Below are positions 8,964 through 16,305 of a stretch of DNA of 61,535 nucleotides, in pieces. The stretch comes from a virus (taxonomy: Duplodnaviria > Caudoviricetes). Both the position numbers and the translations under genes were made by a program. The notes beneath the pieces were generated by a model. The model did not search any database. It worked only from the letters and a program-made list of their open reading frames with translations, and was not told the origin of the DNA. The first letter of the stretch is position 1; each line of letters begins with the position of its first letter. The stretch lies in IMG/VR virus record IMGVR_UViG_3300021475_000014, positions 1-61,535 of that record. One strand, written 5' to 3'.

Positions 8964-9160
8964 GCCGCACCGGCCCGCTGACGCTCGTAGCGCGCCAGCG
9001 CCAGGCGGAGCTGGCGTACGCCCCGGTCGGTGAGCAGCAGCGACGCCGCTCGGTCGCCCTCGTCCACCATCACGGACAGTCCGCCCGCCTCCTGGTCGTG
9101 TTCCAGGCGGACAAGCCGGTGCGCGTTGTCGTCCCACACGCGCGCCTCAAAGTGGTTCAT
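8960..9160 (-). CDS. hypothetical protein
   Basis: ATGA coupling at both ends. Confidence 0.6.
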   Translation of the reverse strand: MNHFEARVWDDNAHRLVRLEHDQEAGGLSVMVDEGDRAASLLLTDRGVRQLRLALARYERQRAGAA

Positions 9161-9705
9161 CGCGGCAACGCCAGGAAGTACTGCGGGTCCTCGTCCAGCA
9201 GGGTTTCCAGCGGGTGATTGGCACGCACGGACACGTAGTAGCCGGCGTCGCCCAACCGGAAGATCGCCACCGTTTCCCGTAGCGGGTCCACGATCCAGTA
9301 ATGGCGGATCCCGGCCGCCGCGTAGTCGGCCACCTTGCCCGCCCAGTCCACCGCCCGGGTCGACTCGGACTCCACCTCGATCACCAGCGCGATCATCGAC
9401 GGGTCGTGGTAGCGCACGTCATCGGGCACAGTGCCGTAGAACAGCGCCAGGTCCGCCTGCCGGTAGGGCTGCCCGCCGGTGCGCCCGGCCGTGTCGATGC
9501 CCACCTCGGAGGCGGCCCGGCCGCGCCCGTAGCAGCTCACCAGCCACACGCTCAGGTCGATGACCCACCGTCCGTGTCGGCCCAACGTCGGGGTCACCGT
9601 TACCTCCATGACGCCCTCGGGCGTGATCTCAATGCGCGTGCCAGGAAACAGGTCAGACATGCGGGCGGCCTGCTCGCGGCTGGCCCCGAAAACTTCCGTC
9701 GTCAT
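9157..9705 (-). CDS. Uma2 family (DUF820) PD-(D/E)XK endonuclease
   Basis: R.ADL...LVIEVESEST...D...K...YAAAGIRHYWIVDP. Confidence 0.85.
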   Translation of the reverse strand: MTTEVFGASREQAARMSDLFPGTRIEITPEGVMEVTVTPTLGRHGRWVIDLSVWLVSCYGRGRAASEVGIDTAGRTGGQPYRQADLALFYGTVPDDVRYHDPSMIALVIEVESESTRAVDWAGKVADYAAAGIRHYWIVDPLRETVAIFRLGDAGYYVSVRANHPLETLLDEDPQYFLALPR

Positions 9706-9709
9706 CGCT

Positions 9710-10084
9710 TCACTCCCCATCGGTGGTCTGCGCGTCGGCGTACAGGATGGCCGCAGCGATGACACCCTCGCGGCTGGTGCGGTCGCGCAGCGCCCGCGAA
9801 CCGACCCGGTCCCACAGCGCGTCAGAGGTGCGCAGCGGGCGCAGCGTCTCGCGCGGCTTGCCGCCGGGCGTCTCCGCCACCGTGACCCGCTTGGGCTGAT
9901 CCAGGTACATGGTGATGACCTTGCGGATGTAAGACGAGACGGTGAACCCTTCCGCCTCGGCGTGCCGCAGGGCGATGCCCCACACGTCGTCATTGATGCG
10001 CGGCGACCGGCGGGTCAGCGTCGTCTGCCCTTCCGGGCGCCACATCCGCCGTGCGGGCGGGGTATCCGTTGTGGTGTCGCTCAT
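9710..10084 (-). CDS. tandem ribbon-helix-helix-like DNA-binding protein
   Basis: two repeats RSPRINDDVW...TVSSYIRKVI and RPLRTSDALW...SREGVIAAAI. Confidence 0.6.
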   Translation of the reverse strand: MSDTTTDTPPARRMWRPEGQTTLTRRSPRINDDVWGIALRHAEAEGFTVSSYIRKVITMYLDQPKRVTVAETPGGKPRETLRPLRTSDALWDRVGSRALRDRTSREGVIAAAILYADAQTTDGE

Positions 10085-10198
10085 GATCTGTGCTCCCTTA
10101 CGGCCGCCTAATTCCGGTAGCCAGTCTACGTCGTGTGATGTCTGAAATTCGATGCCGGGTTACAGTGGCCGGGCTAGGTCCCTTTTGCCGGGGAGTCC

Positions 10199-10237
10199 AA
10201 TGACGGGGCAGCGGTTCGCAGACGCTGCCCCGTCGTT
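10199..10237. terminator. GC-rich stem-loop, possible terminator
   Basis: aatgacggggcagcg / cgctgccccgtcgtt inverted repeat. Confidence 0.45.
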
Positions 10238-10306
10238 GTCCCTAGGCGCCGCAGTCGGCGCAGCCGCGCGAGCATTCCCACGGCGACCCGGCCCACGGGC
10301 ACGGGC

Positions 10307-10984
10307 TCACGGGGCCACCGACCGGGCGCCCTTACGGGCGGCGAACAGCGCGGCCAGCAGCGCCGTGGTGTCGCCCCGCAGCGTCAGCTCACCCCGGTTG
10401 CCGTCGCCGGTCAGCTCCAGGCTCACCGTGAGGTTGGGGTGGGTACGCCAGTCGGAGGCGGTCGAGCGGCCACGGTCGCGGTCGGTGCCGAAAGACAGGC
10501 CGTACTCCTCGCCGATCCGCTTCACCAGCGCGGCACGGTTGGCCTCCGCGTCGTTGTCCCGGTTGATCGCAGCCTGCGCCTTGGCCAGGATCGGGGTGTA
10601 CACGGGCAGCACCCGGCGGGTGATCTCCCGGGCGATCACTGCCGCGCCCCGGTCGGTGGCCACGCTGATATCGACGTTGCCGGCCTTGTAGTCGTCGCTG
10701 GCCATCACCTTGTACGAACCGCTCGGCAGGTCCGACGTGACGTTGGTGCGCTCCGGCTTGCGCCAGTCGACCAGCAGCACGATGCGCGCCGAGTCCGGCC
10801 CGACAATGGCGACGGCGCGGCTGTTCGTCTCGTGGCTGGTGTCCACACTCCACCCGTCGCCCAGCTCGGCCGCCACCTGCGCCGCGAGGATCGGCAGGTT
10901 CGTCACCGCGTCCTGCTCGGCTACCTCACGGGCGGTACGCGCGGCGCGCTCCCGGCTGATCCTCTGGTCGTATGTCTCAGTCAT
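10307..10984 (-). CDS. hypothetical protein
   Basis: AGGA RBS before ATG 10984; downstream of promoter cassette. Confidence 0.65.
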   Translation of the reverse strand: MTETYDQRISRERAARTAREVAEQDAVTNLPILAAQVAAELGDGWSVDTSHETNSRAVAIVGPDSARIVLLVDWRKPERTNVTSDLPSGSYKVMASDDYKAGNVDISVATDRGAAVIAREITRRVLPVYTPILAKAQAAINRDNDAEANRAALVKRIGEEYGLSFGTDRDRGRSTASDWRTHPNLTVSLELTGDGNRGELTLRGDTTALLAALFAARKGARSVAP

Positions 10985-11040
10985 TTCCTGTTGCTCCCTG
11001 CGGTTGCCGGTGCGGCGGGGTGGCCGCGATGTCTGTAACC

Positions 11041-11093
11041 AGCTTAGCCCGGCTACACGAGAATGTGTAGCCGGGCGGTGTGACTTGTGGCAC
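11041..11093 (-). promoter_or_regulatory. promoter/operator cassette 1 (TACACA-17-TAAGCT with GGCTACAC-N6-GTGTAGCC)
   Basis: same spacing at 12897, 13296, 13761, 15264, 16251. Confidence 0.7.
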
Positions 11094-11096
11094 TGA

Positions 11097-11510
11097 TCAG
11101 CGCTTGCCGCGCTTGCGGCCAGTCCACCAGTCCAGCGAGTCACGGCTGTTGTGGGCCGATGTCGCGCGTGCGGTTTCCTTCGCCGCCAGCAGCGTCTGCG
11201 CGGCGGTGTAGTCGGCAACGCTCATCCCGGCCGCCCTCGCCGCGTCCGCGATGTCAGCCGGCGTCTGCGGGTTGGCCAACCGCCGGGCGACCTTGCGCGC
11301 CTCACGCCTGCTCAACTTGGACGTGTCGCCAGCGGCCCACGCCTGCGCGTGCTCACGTACGCGCTGCGCCCGCGCGGCGGCGACATCGGGATCCACCTCG
11401 ACCTTGCTGGCGCGTTTCGCGGCGAGCGCTTCACGTATCGCGGCGGCGCGCGCCCGCCTGCTGATCTTGGCCTGCTTACGGCCGGCGAATGTCAAACCCA
11501 AGAACGGCAT
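11097..11510 (-). CDS. basic hypothetical protein
   Basis: AGGAG RBS. Confidence 0.6.
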   Translation of the reverse strand: MPFLGLTFAGRKQAKISRRARAAAIREALAAKRASKVEVDPDVAAARAQRVREHAQAWAAGDTSKLSRREARKVARRLANPQTPADIADAARAAGMSVADYTAAQTLLAAKETARATSAHNSRDSLDWWTGRKRGKR

Positions 11511-11540
11511 TGCTGTACTCCTGGTGCTAGTTGATCTTGA

Positions 11541-11786
11541 TCAGTCGTCAGTGCTCGACGTGAGGGAATCCCATTGCGCCGCAACGTGTTCCGCCTGGTC
11601 GCGTAGTTCTTTCATGCGGTTGTTGATCTTGTCCATCGCTTTGATGTGCCGCTCGGTTGTCGCCGCGTGCGCTTCCATCACGGTGGTACGCCGCTGCGTC
11701 AACTCGGACAGCTCGCCGAGGATTGCGGCCTTGCGGCGGGCTAACTGCTCACGCATGTCGGCGACCGCTGGTGACTCCGTAGACAT
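11541..11786 (-). CDS. coiled-coil hypothetical protein
   Basis: GGGAG RBS, ATG 11786, heptad pattern. Confidence 0.6.
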   Translation of the reverse strand: MSTESPAVADMREQLARRKAAILGELSELTQRRTTVMEAHAATTERHIKAMDKINNRMKELRDQAEHVAAQWDSLTSSTDD

Positions 11787-11794
11787 CGAACTCC

Positions 11795-11977
11795 CTAGAT
11801 GATCTTGACGGTGGTCGTGTCGACCTGGGCGCGCAGGATCCCCGTGGATTCCTGCGCACTCGGCTCGCCACGCAACCGGGCAGCGAACGCGCCCGCGTCC
11901 TCCGCGCTGGCAAACTCGGCCAGCCGGCGGGAGCACGGATCATCGCCGTGTTCCCGCCAACGGACGGTGTGGGTCAT
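11795..11977 (-). CDS. hypothetical protein
   Basis: ATGA coupling. Confidence 0.5.
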   Translation of the reverse strand: MTHTVRWREHGDDPCSRRLAEFASAEDAGAFAARLRGEPSAQESTGILRAQVDTTTVKII

Positions 11978-12300
11978 GCGCTCAGCCGGGCGTACAGGTC
12001 CGCGCACGACTGGCAGACCGGCAGGGCCGGGTTGACCGGCGCCATGTCGATGATCATGGTGGCCTCGTTGGGGCACGCAGCCGAGTAGCCACACGGGGTG
12101 CCCGGCTCCGGCTCAACCTCGACCAGGTCGTAACTCATCACGCGGGTACCCGGCCGGTGCGAGCCGGTCACGTAGTCGCCCGGGGTGATGGCCGGGACGT
12201 CGGGCGTGCCGTCGCCGTGGATGGTCCGGCCGTCGCGGGTGTCGACGGCGGGCAGCCCGCAGTAGCCGCAGGCGTAGGTGATGATCTTGGTGTTGCTCAT
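11974..12300 (-). CDS. Cys-containing hypothetical protein
   Basis: AAGGGA RBS; CGYCG, C..C, CQSC. Confidence 0.6.
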   Translation of the reverse strand: MSNTKIITYACGYCGLPAVDTRDGRTIHGDGTPDVPAITPGDYVTGSHRPGTRVMSYDLVEVEPEPGTPCGYSAACPNEATMIIDMAPVNPALPVCQSCADLYARLSA

Positions 12301-12382
12301 GTGTGCGGTCCCTTGCTCGAAGATGATCTTGATCATGGTGCTCTGGCGGCACCCTGGAGAAGTTGATCTTGGTCAGTGATGT

Positions 12383-12862
12383 TTACAGCCGGCCCGGGGC
12401 CAGCTCGTCGGCCAGCGCGACAATCGCCGTCAGTTGGTCGGCCGGGATTTCTTCCGTGAGCCACGCCGAACCCCAGCGATAGCCCGTCTGCGGGCACGGC
12501 GGAGTGTTGGCCAGTTGGGATGACGTGTCATCGCCGACCGGAGTCTGGTGGGCGCAACCGGCGCGCATGTCGTTGAGGTGCCAGCGATCCCACAGCCGGG
12601 CCAATCGGAGCGCGGCCGGGGTTTTCAACTGCCGGGCGCGGCCGATGATCTGGCCACCCTCGAAACAGTCGTCCGAGTCAACGCGCTTCCACATCGTGCC
12701 GGAGGCGCTGAACTGCCAGTGCCCGTCAACCTGCCAGTGCTCGATCGTCATGGCTGGCCGATCAACCCAGCGCAGTTGCATGTCGACCTTCAAAATGCCT
12801 ACGCCGGTGATGCGGCCTAGGGTGACGTTGCGCAGCTCAAACGCGCTAGCCGTGGTAATCAT
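12383..12862 (-). CDS. hypothetical early phage protein
   Basis: GAGGGA RBS; LW.RWHLNDM.AGC.HQ...CP..GY.WGSAW motif. Confidence 0.7.
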   Translation of the reverse strand: MITTASAFELRNVTLGRITGVGILKVDMQLRWVDRPAMTIEHWQVDGHWQFSASGTMWKRVDSDDCFEGGQIIGRARQLKTPAALRLARLWDRWHLNDMRAGCAHQTPVGDDTSSQLANTPPCPQTGYRWGSAWLTEEIPADQLTAIVALADELAPGRL

Positions 12863-12896
12863 GTTCGGTCCCTCGCTCGGTTTGTTGTGCTGGTCA

Positions 12897-12941
12897 AGCG
12901 TACCCGGCGCTACCCGGAAACGGTAGCCAGACGGGTCACAC
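12897..12941 (-). promoter_or_regulatory. promoter/operator cassette 2 (degenerate)
   Basis: TACGCT -10; GCTAC...GTAGCC; TCACA half-site. Confidence 0.5.
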
Positions 12942-13063
12942 ATTGGGCGGTACGTGGGGCGGCGGCCGGGACTGGGGCAGGCGGTAGGCGGTAGGCGACT
13001 CGCTAGCTTCGCCCGTCACTGCGATCACGGCAGGCGCCCCCGGGCTGGGGGCGCCCATCCGGC

Positions 13064-13261
13064 TCACTCTGTGGGAGTCGCCGCGAGCGCGGCGGCGATG
13101 ATCGCCTTGCCGACCGCGCCGCTTCCGGCGTGGGCGAACCGGATCGGGCCGAACGGCTCGCCGTTGCGCGTGCCCCGGTAGTACACCATCGGGCCGTTGG
13201 CACCCTCGCGGACCTCGCCCCACGTGCGGTATTCCTTGCCGTTCACCGTGACTGCCAACAT
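13064..13261 (-). CDS. hypothetical protein
   Basis: GGAG RBS before ATG 13261. Confidence 0.6.
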   Translation of the reverse strand: MLAVTVNGKEYRTWGEVREGANGPMVYYRGTRNGEPFGPIRFAHAGSGAVGKAIIAAALAATPTE

Positions 13262-13295
13262 GACCCACTCCGTTCGTTCGTGTGCTTGTGCCACA

Positions 13296-13351
13296 AGCTT
13301 AGCCCGGCTACACGCGATTGTGTAGCCAGGCGGGTGTGAGCCCGGTCACAC
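13296..13351 (-). promoter_or_regulatory. promoter/operator cassette 3 with perfect CRP-type site TGTGA-N6-TCACA
   Basis: AGCTTA 13296, GGCTACAC-gcgatt-GTGTAGCC 13306-13327, TGTGAGCCCGGTCACA 13335-13350. Confidence 0.75.
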
Positions 13352-13412
13352 CAAACGAGGCTCGCGTGTCGTTTTCCGAAACGACACGCGAGCCAAAGCG
13401 CGACCCGGTCGC

Positions 13413-13724
13413 CTACGCGGCAGCCATGATCCAATGGATGGCCATCCGTACCGCGCTCTGGTGATTCGTCGTGGTCACGGAGTACCGCACGCCCGGTACC
13501 GTCCACGCGCCCCGGTCAAGCCATGCGATCGGCGTTGCGTAGCTATAGACGACGTAGGCGAGGGTGCCACGGTCGCGCGCGTCGCACAGCTCCGTCCGGA
13601 ACGGTTCCGGCAACTGCCCGAACGAATCCAGGCTGACACTGCCGGCAGTGTTGCCGTGCCGGAACGGCGCGCGCTCCCGCATGCCTTGCTCGATCGCCGA
13701 TTTGCCTGCCTGGTGGAGTGCCAC
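13413..13724 (-). CDS. hypothetical protein
   Basis: YVVYSYATPIAW...YSVTT..HQ motif common in phage early genes. Confidence 0.65.
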   Translation of the reverse strand: MALHQAGKSAIEQGMRERAPFRHGNTAGSVSLDSFGQLPEPFRTELCDARDRGTLAYVVYSYATPIAWLDRGAWTVPGVRYSVTTTNHQSAVRMAIHWIMAAA

Positions 13725-13760
13725 GGGACTGCCTTTCGCTGTGCTGTGCGGTGAGGCTCA

Positions 13761-13816
13761 ACCGTAGCTCGGATACACGCAATTGTGTAGCCAGCGCAGG
13801 GTGTGCCCGGTCACAC
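13761..13816 (-). promoter_or_regulatory. promoter/operator cassette 4
   Basis: TACACA-17-TACGGT; GGATACAC-N6-GTGTAGCC; GCCCGGTCACA. Confidence 0.7.
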
Positions 13817-13868
13817 TACGGACGGCAATCCCTAGTCGTGCGGTAGGGATACCAGGTGCGCACATGGC

Positions 13869-14183
13869 TCATGCCCCGGTCACCGTGCCAGTCGCCAGGA
13901 ATTCAACCCATGCGCGTTTGGGGTTGCTGCACATGTGCCATGACTCGTTGACGTAGCACAGCGCGTGCCATGCGTAGGCCAGCGCGAAACGGCTAGCTTG
14001 CTCCGTGTCCGTCACTCCGGCCTCATCCTGGCGACCCCATGCGTACCCGTTGGCGCACCCGTACGCGCTTTCGACCCGCGCCCGGTCCGCTTCCGTTGGT
14101 AGGGCAGCGATACCGTCCCGGAGCGCGGTATACGGCGCGTCCGGCAGGGCAGGGTGTACGCGCTCCGCTAGTGGCTGGCTCAT
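13869..14183 (-). CDS. hypothetical protein (paralog of 14943-15218)
   Basis: AAGGGA RBS; GYAWGRQD...A.RFA..Y. Confidence 0.65.
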   Translation of the reverse strand: MSQPLAERVHPALPDAPYTALRDGIAALPTEADRARVESAYGCANGYAWGRQDEAGVTDTEQASRFALAYAWHALCYVNESWHMCSNPKRAWVEFLATGTVTGA

Positions 14184-14214
14184 GGTTGGTCCCTTCCGTG
14201 TTGGTTCCTGCCGT

Positions 14215-14266
14215 CCGGGCAGACTGGACAGCGCGCGGCGTACCGCGCACCATCCGGCCGGCCCGG
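14215..14266 (-). repeat. 52-nt intergenic hairpin, copy A
   Basis: near-identical to 14891-14942 with pairing-preserving substitutions. Confidence 0.7.
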
Positions 14267-14854
14267 TCAGACGTAGGCCCGGAAGTCTCCCAGCGCGTTA
14301 CGCCCGTCCGTGGTGATCGCCACCGCCCCCGCGCGGTTCCGGCTCAGCAGGCCAGCGCTCACCAGCGCGTCAATCACGTCCGGCCCGATGTTGGCGCGCG
14401 AGAGCGCGTCACGCCGGTACGCGCCACCCTTCAGCGCCTTGTGGCAGTAAAGCGCGGTCAACTGCACATCGGAGAGCGCGACCGTGGGACCGGGCAGCAT
14501 GCGGTCAACCATGCTGGCAGGGATGTGCAGTTGTGCCCATACCGGCTGGCCTCCCCCGCGCACGCCCGTGATCGCCACACCATCGCCCGGCAACGGGTAA
14601 GCGTTGCGGTCAGAGTCGACAGCGTTGTCCCGGACGAACATGTTTTCCCCACCCCACGAACCGCGCGACACGGTGTGCTCGCCCGTGGTCAAGTTGACCA
14701 GCACAGCGAAAGACTGCCGACCGTTGCCCGCTCCGCTGTCGCCAAGGACAACGGTCGCGCTCGCCTTGACTTCGATGTCTTTGCGCCCGTAGCTGACAGC
14801 GGTGAGCGCGCGGCGAACCGCTTCCGGCAGATCCGTGACAAGTGCGTAGCTCAT
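14267..14854 (-). CDS. hypothetical protein with C-terminal winged-helix-like segment
   Basis: AAAGGGA RBS before ATG 14854; DALVSAGLL...ITTDGRNAL. Confidence 0.65.
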   Translation of the reverse strand: MSYALVTDLPEAVRRALTAVSYGRKDIEVKASATVVLGDSGAGNGRQSFAVLVNLTTGEHTVSRGSWGGENMFVRDNAVDSDRNAYPLPGDGVAITGVRGGGQPVWAQLHIPASMVDRMLPGPTVALSDVQLTALYCHKALKGGAYRRDALSRANIGPDVIDALVSAGLLSRNRAGAVAITTDGRNALGDFRAYV

Positions 14855-14890
14855 GGTTGGTCCCTTTCCGTTGTGCTGCCTGCCATCCGT

Positions 14891-14942
14891 CCGGGCAGAC
14901 AGGGCAACGCGCGGCGTACCGCGCGCCACCCTGCCGGCCCGG
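14891..14942 (-). repeat. 52-nt intergenic hairpin, copy B
   Basis: see copy A. Confidence 0.7.
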
Positions 14943-15218
14943 TCAGACCGTGGGACGTCCGGCCGCGTCCCACTCATCCCACAGCGCGTAAATCGCTGGC
15001 AGGCTTGACGTCTGGCCTGTGTGGCAGTCATACGCGGCTTGCGCGTAGATCCTTGCGAAGTGGTAGGCATCCTCCGAGGGGGCAGGGTGGCCACCGTTGG
15101 CCGCGTCCAACCGCCCACGGGCGTAACCGAGCGCTTCGGACGTCATTTCGTTCAGGTTGAGGTAAGCGTTGTGCCCAAGCGTGGCTTTCGCCAGTGCGCG
15201 GATTTCGCTGATCATCAT
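14943..15218 (-). CDS. hypothetical protein (paralog of 13869-14183)
   Basis: AAGGA RBS; GYARGRLD...A.HFA..Y. Confidence 0.65.
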   Translation of the reverse strand: MMISEIRALAKATLGHNAYLNLNEMTSEALGYARGRLDAANGGHPAPSEDAYHFARIYAQAAYDCHTGQTSSLPAIYALWDEWDAAGRPTV

Positions 15219-15261
15219 GGTTGGTTCCTTCCGTTGTGCGGCAACGCTTGCTGCCTACGCA

Positions 15262-15307
15262 CAACAATAGCGCGGCTACACAATCTCGTGTAGCCGCGCT
15301 ATTGTTG
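15262..15307. promoter_or_regulatory. promoter/operator cassette 5; perfect 20-bp inverted repeat
   Basis: caacaatagcgcggctacac-aatctc-gtgtagccgcgctattgttg. Confidence 0.75.
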
Positions 15308-15320
15308 GGTACGTCACAGG

Positions 15321-15518
15321 TCAGCCGGACACCACAAACGGGTGCCAGTCCGCCACGCCGATCGCCAGGAACGCCCCACCATCCGTGTCCGCCAGAAGCT
15401 GCACAGCGGCACCCTGGCGCTGCACGGTCACCGTGGTACCCATCGCGTACGCGGGCAGCGCCACAGCGGACACAGCGGCTAGGACAGCGGTAGCGGCGAG
15501 CATGCGAGCGCGGGTCAT
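15321..15518 (-). CDS. small secreted/membrane protein
   Basis: signal-peptide-like MTRARMLAATAVLAAVSAVALPAYA. Confidence 0.55.
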   Translation of the reverse strand: MTRARMLAATAVLAAVSAVALPAYAMGTTVTVQRQGAAVQLLADTDGGAFLAIGVADWHPFVVSG

Positions 15519-16204
15519 GCGGCACGCTCCGGCAGGGAAGGGAAGCCAGCCACGGCCAACGCCCGGTCGAGCGCTTCCGTGACGTCGTCGGTGTACAGGT
15601 AAGACCAGTCCCATTCGGCCCCGACCGTGTTGGAGTGGACAACCACGAACCGGTCGCGCGTACCCTCGCCACGGTCCACCACGCACACGTACGACGCGGG
15701 CACGGGTGAGCCGTTGAATTGCGGCAGGGCAGCGATGATGCCACCCGCGTTGAACCGTGCGACGTAGTTGGCCACCACGGCAGTGATCGGCTCCGCTTCG
15801 CCGCGCGCTACCGCCCCGGACACGTGATGCCGGAGAGCGGCCAGCCCGGGACTGTCGAAGCGCGACACGGCAGGCTCGGGCGCGTCCGGCTCGGTACCCG
15901 CGTCGATGACGTCCCACCCGCGCGGTGCACGCTCCGCCAGGACGTCAGCCGCGCGGGTGCGATCGAACGGGTGCACCGTGGTTAGCCGCTCGCCATTCAT
16001 CACGGGACCGCGCTGTCCGTCCGGGCGGACAGTCTCAAACCATCCGTCCCACCATCCGGAGTCAACGCGCGACTCGGACACCTTGACGATCACAAGATCC
16101 AAATTGTTGTCCCAGCACGCGAGCCCCTCCGTGATGGTGCGCCCATCCGCCGTGCGGAAACGTGCGTCCGGAGACCCCGGGGGGGTATTTGAAACGGTGC
16201 TCAT
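15515..16204 (-). CDS. hypothetical protein
   Basis: GAGG RBS; first gene downstream of cassette 6. Confidence 0.65.
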   Translation of the reverse strand: MSTVSNTPPGSPDARFRTADGRTITEGLACWDNNLDLVIVKVSESRVDSGWWDGWFETVRPDGQRGPVMNGERLTTVHPFDRTRAADVLAERAPRGWDVIDAGTEPDAPEPAVSRFDSPGLAALRHHVSGAVARGEAEPITAVVANYVARFNAGGIIAALPQFNGSPVPASYVCVVDRGEGTRDRFVVVHSNTVGAEWDWSYLYTDDVTEALDRALAVAGFPSLPERAA

Positions 16205-16250
16205 GGGTGGCCCTACCTCTCGCGGTGCGCCCGTTCGGCGCTGTCCGGCA

Positions 16251-16305
16251 ACCGTAGCGCGCGCTACCGAAAGCGTGTAGCCACGGGCAGGTCGGGAAAC
16301 TCACA
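16251..16305 (-). promoter_or_regulatory. promoter/operator cassette 6
   Basis: TACACG-17-TACGGT; GCTAC...GTGTAGCC; TCACA half-site. Confidence 0.6.

Noticed and set aside
11041-16305. CRISPR-like array from the GGCTACAC repeats
   Set aside because: The repeats are hundreds to thousands of bases apart, separated by genes, and have promoter geometry; the Cas4-like gene is a stand-alone phage exonuclease.
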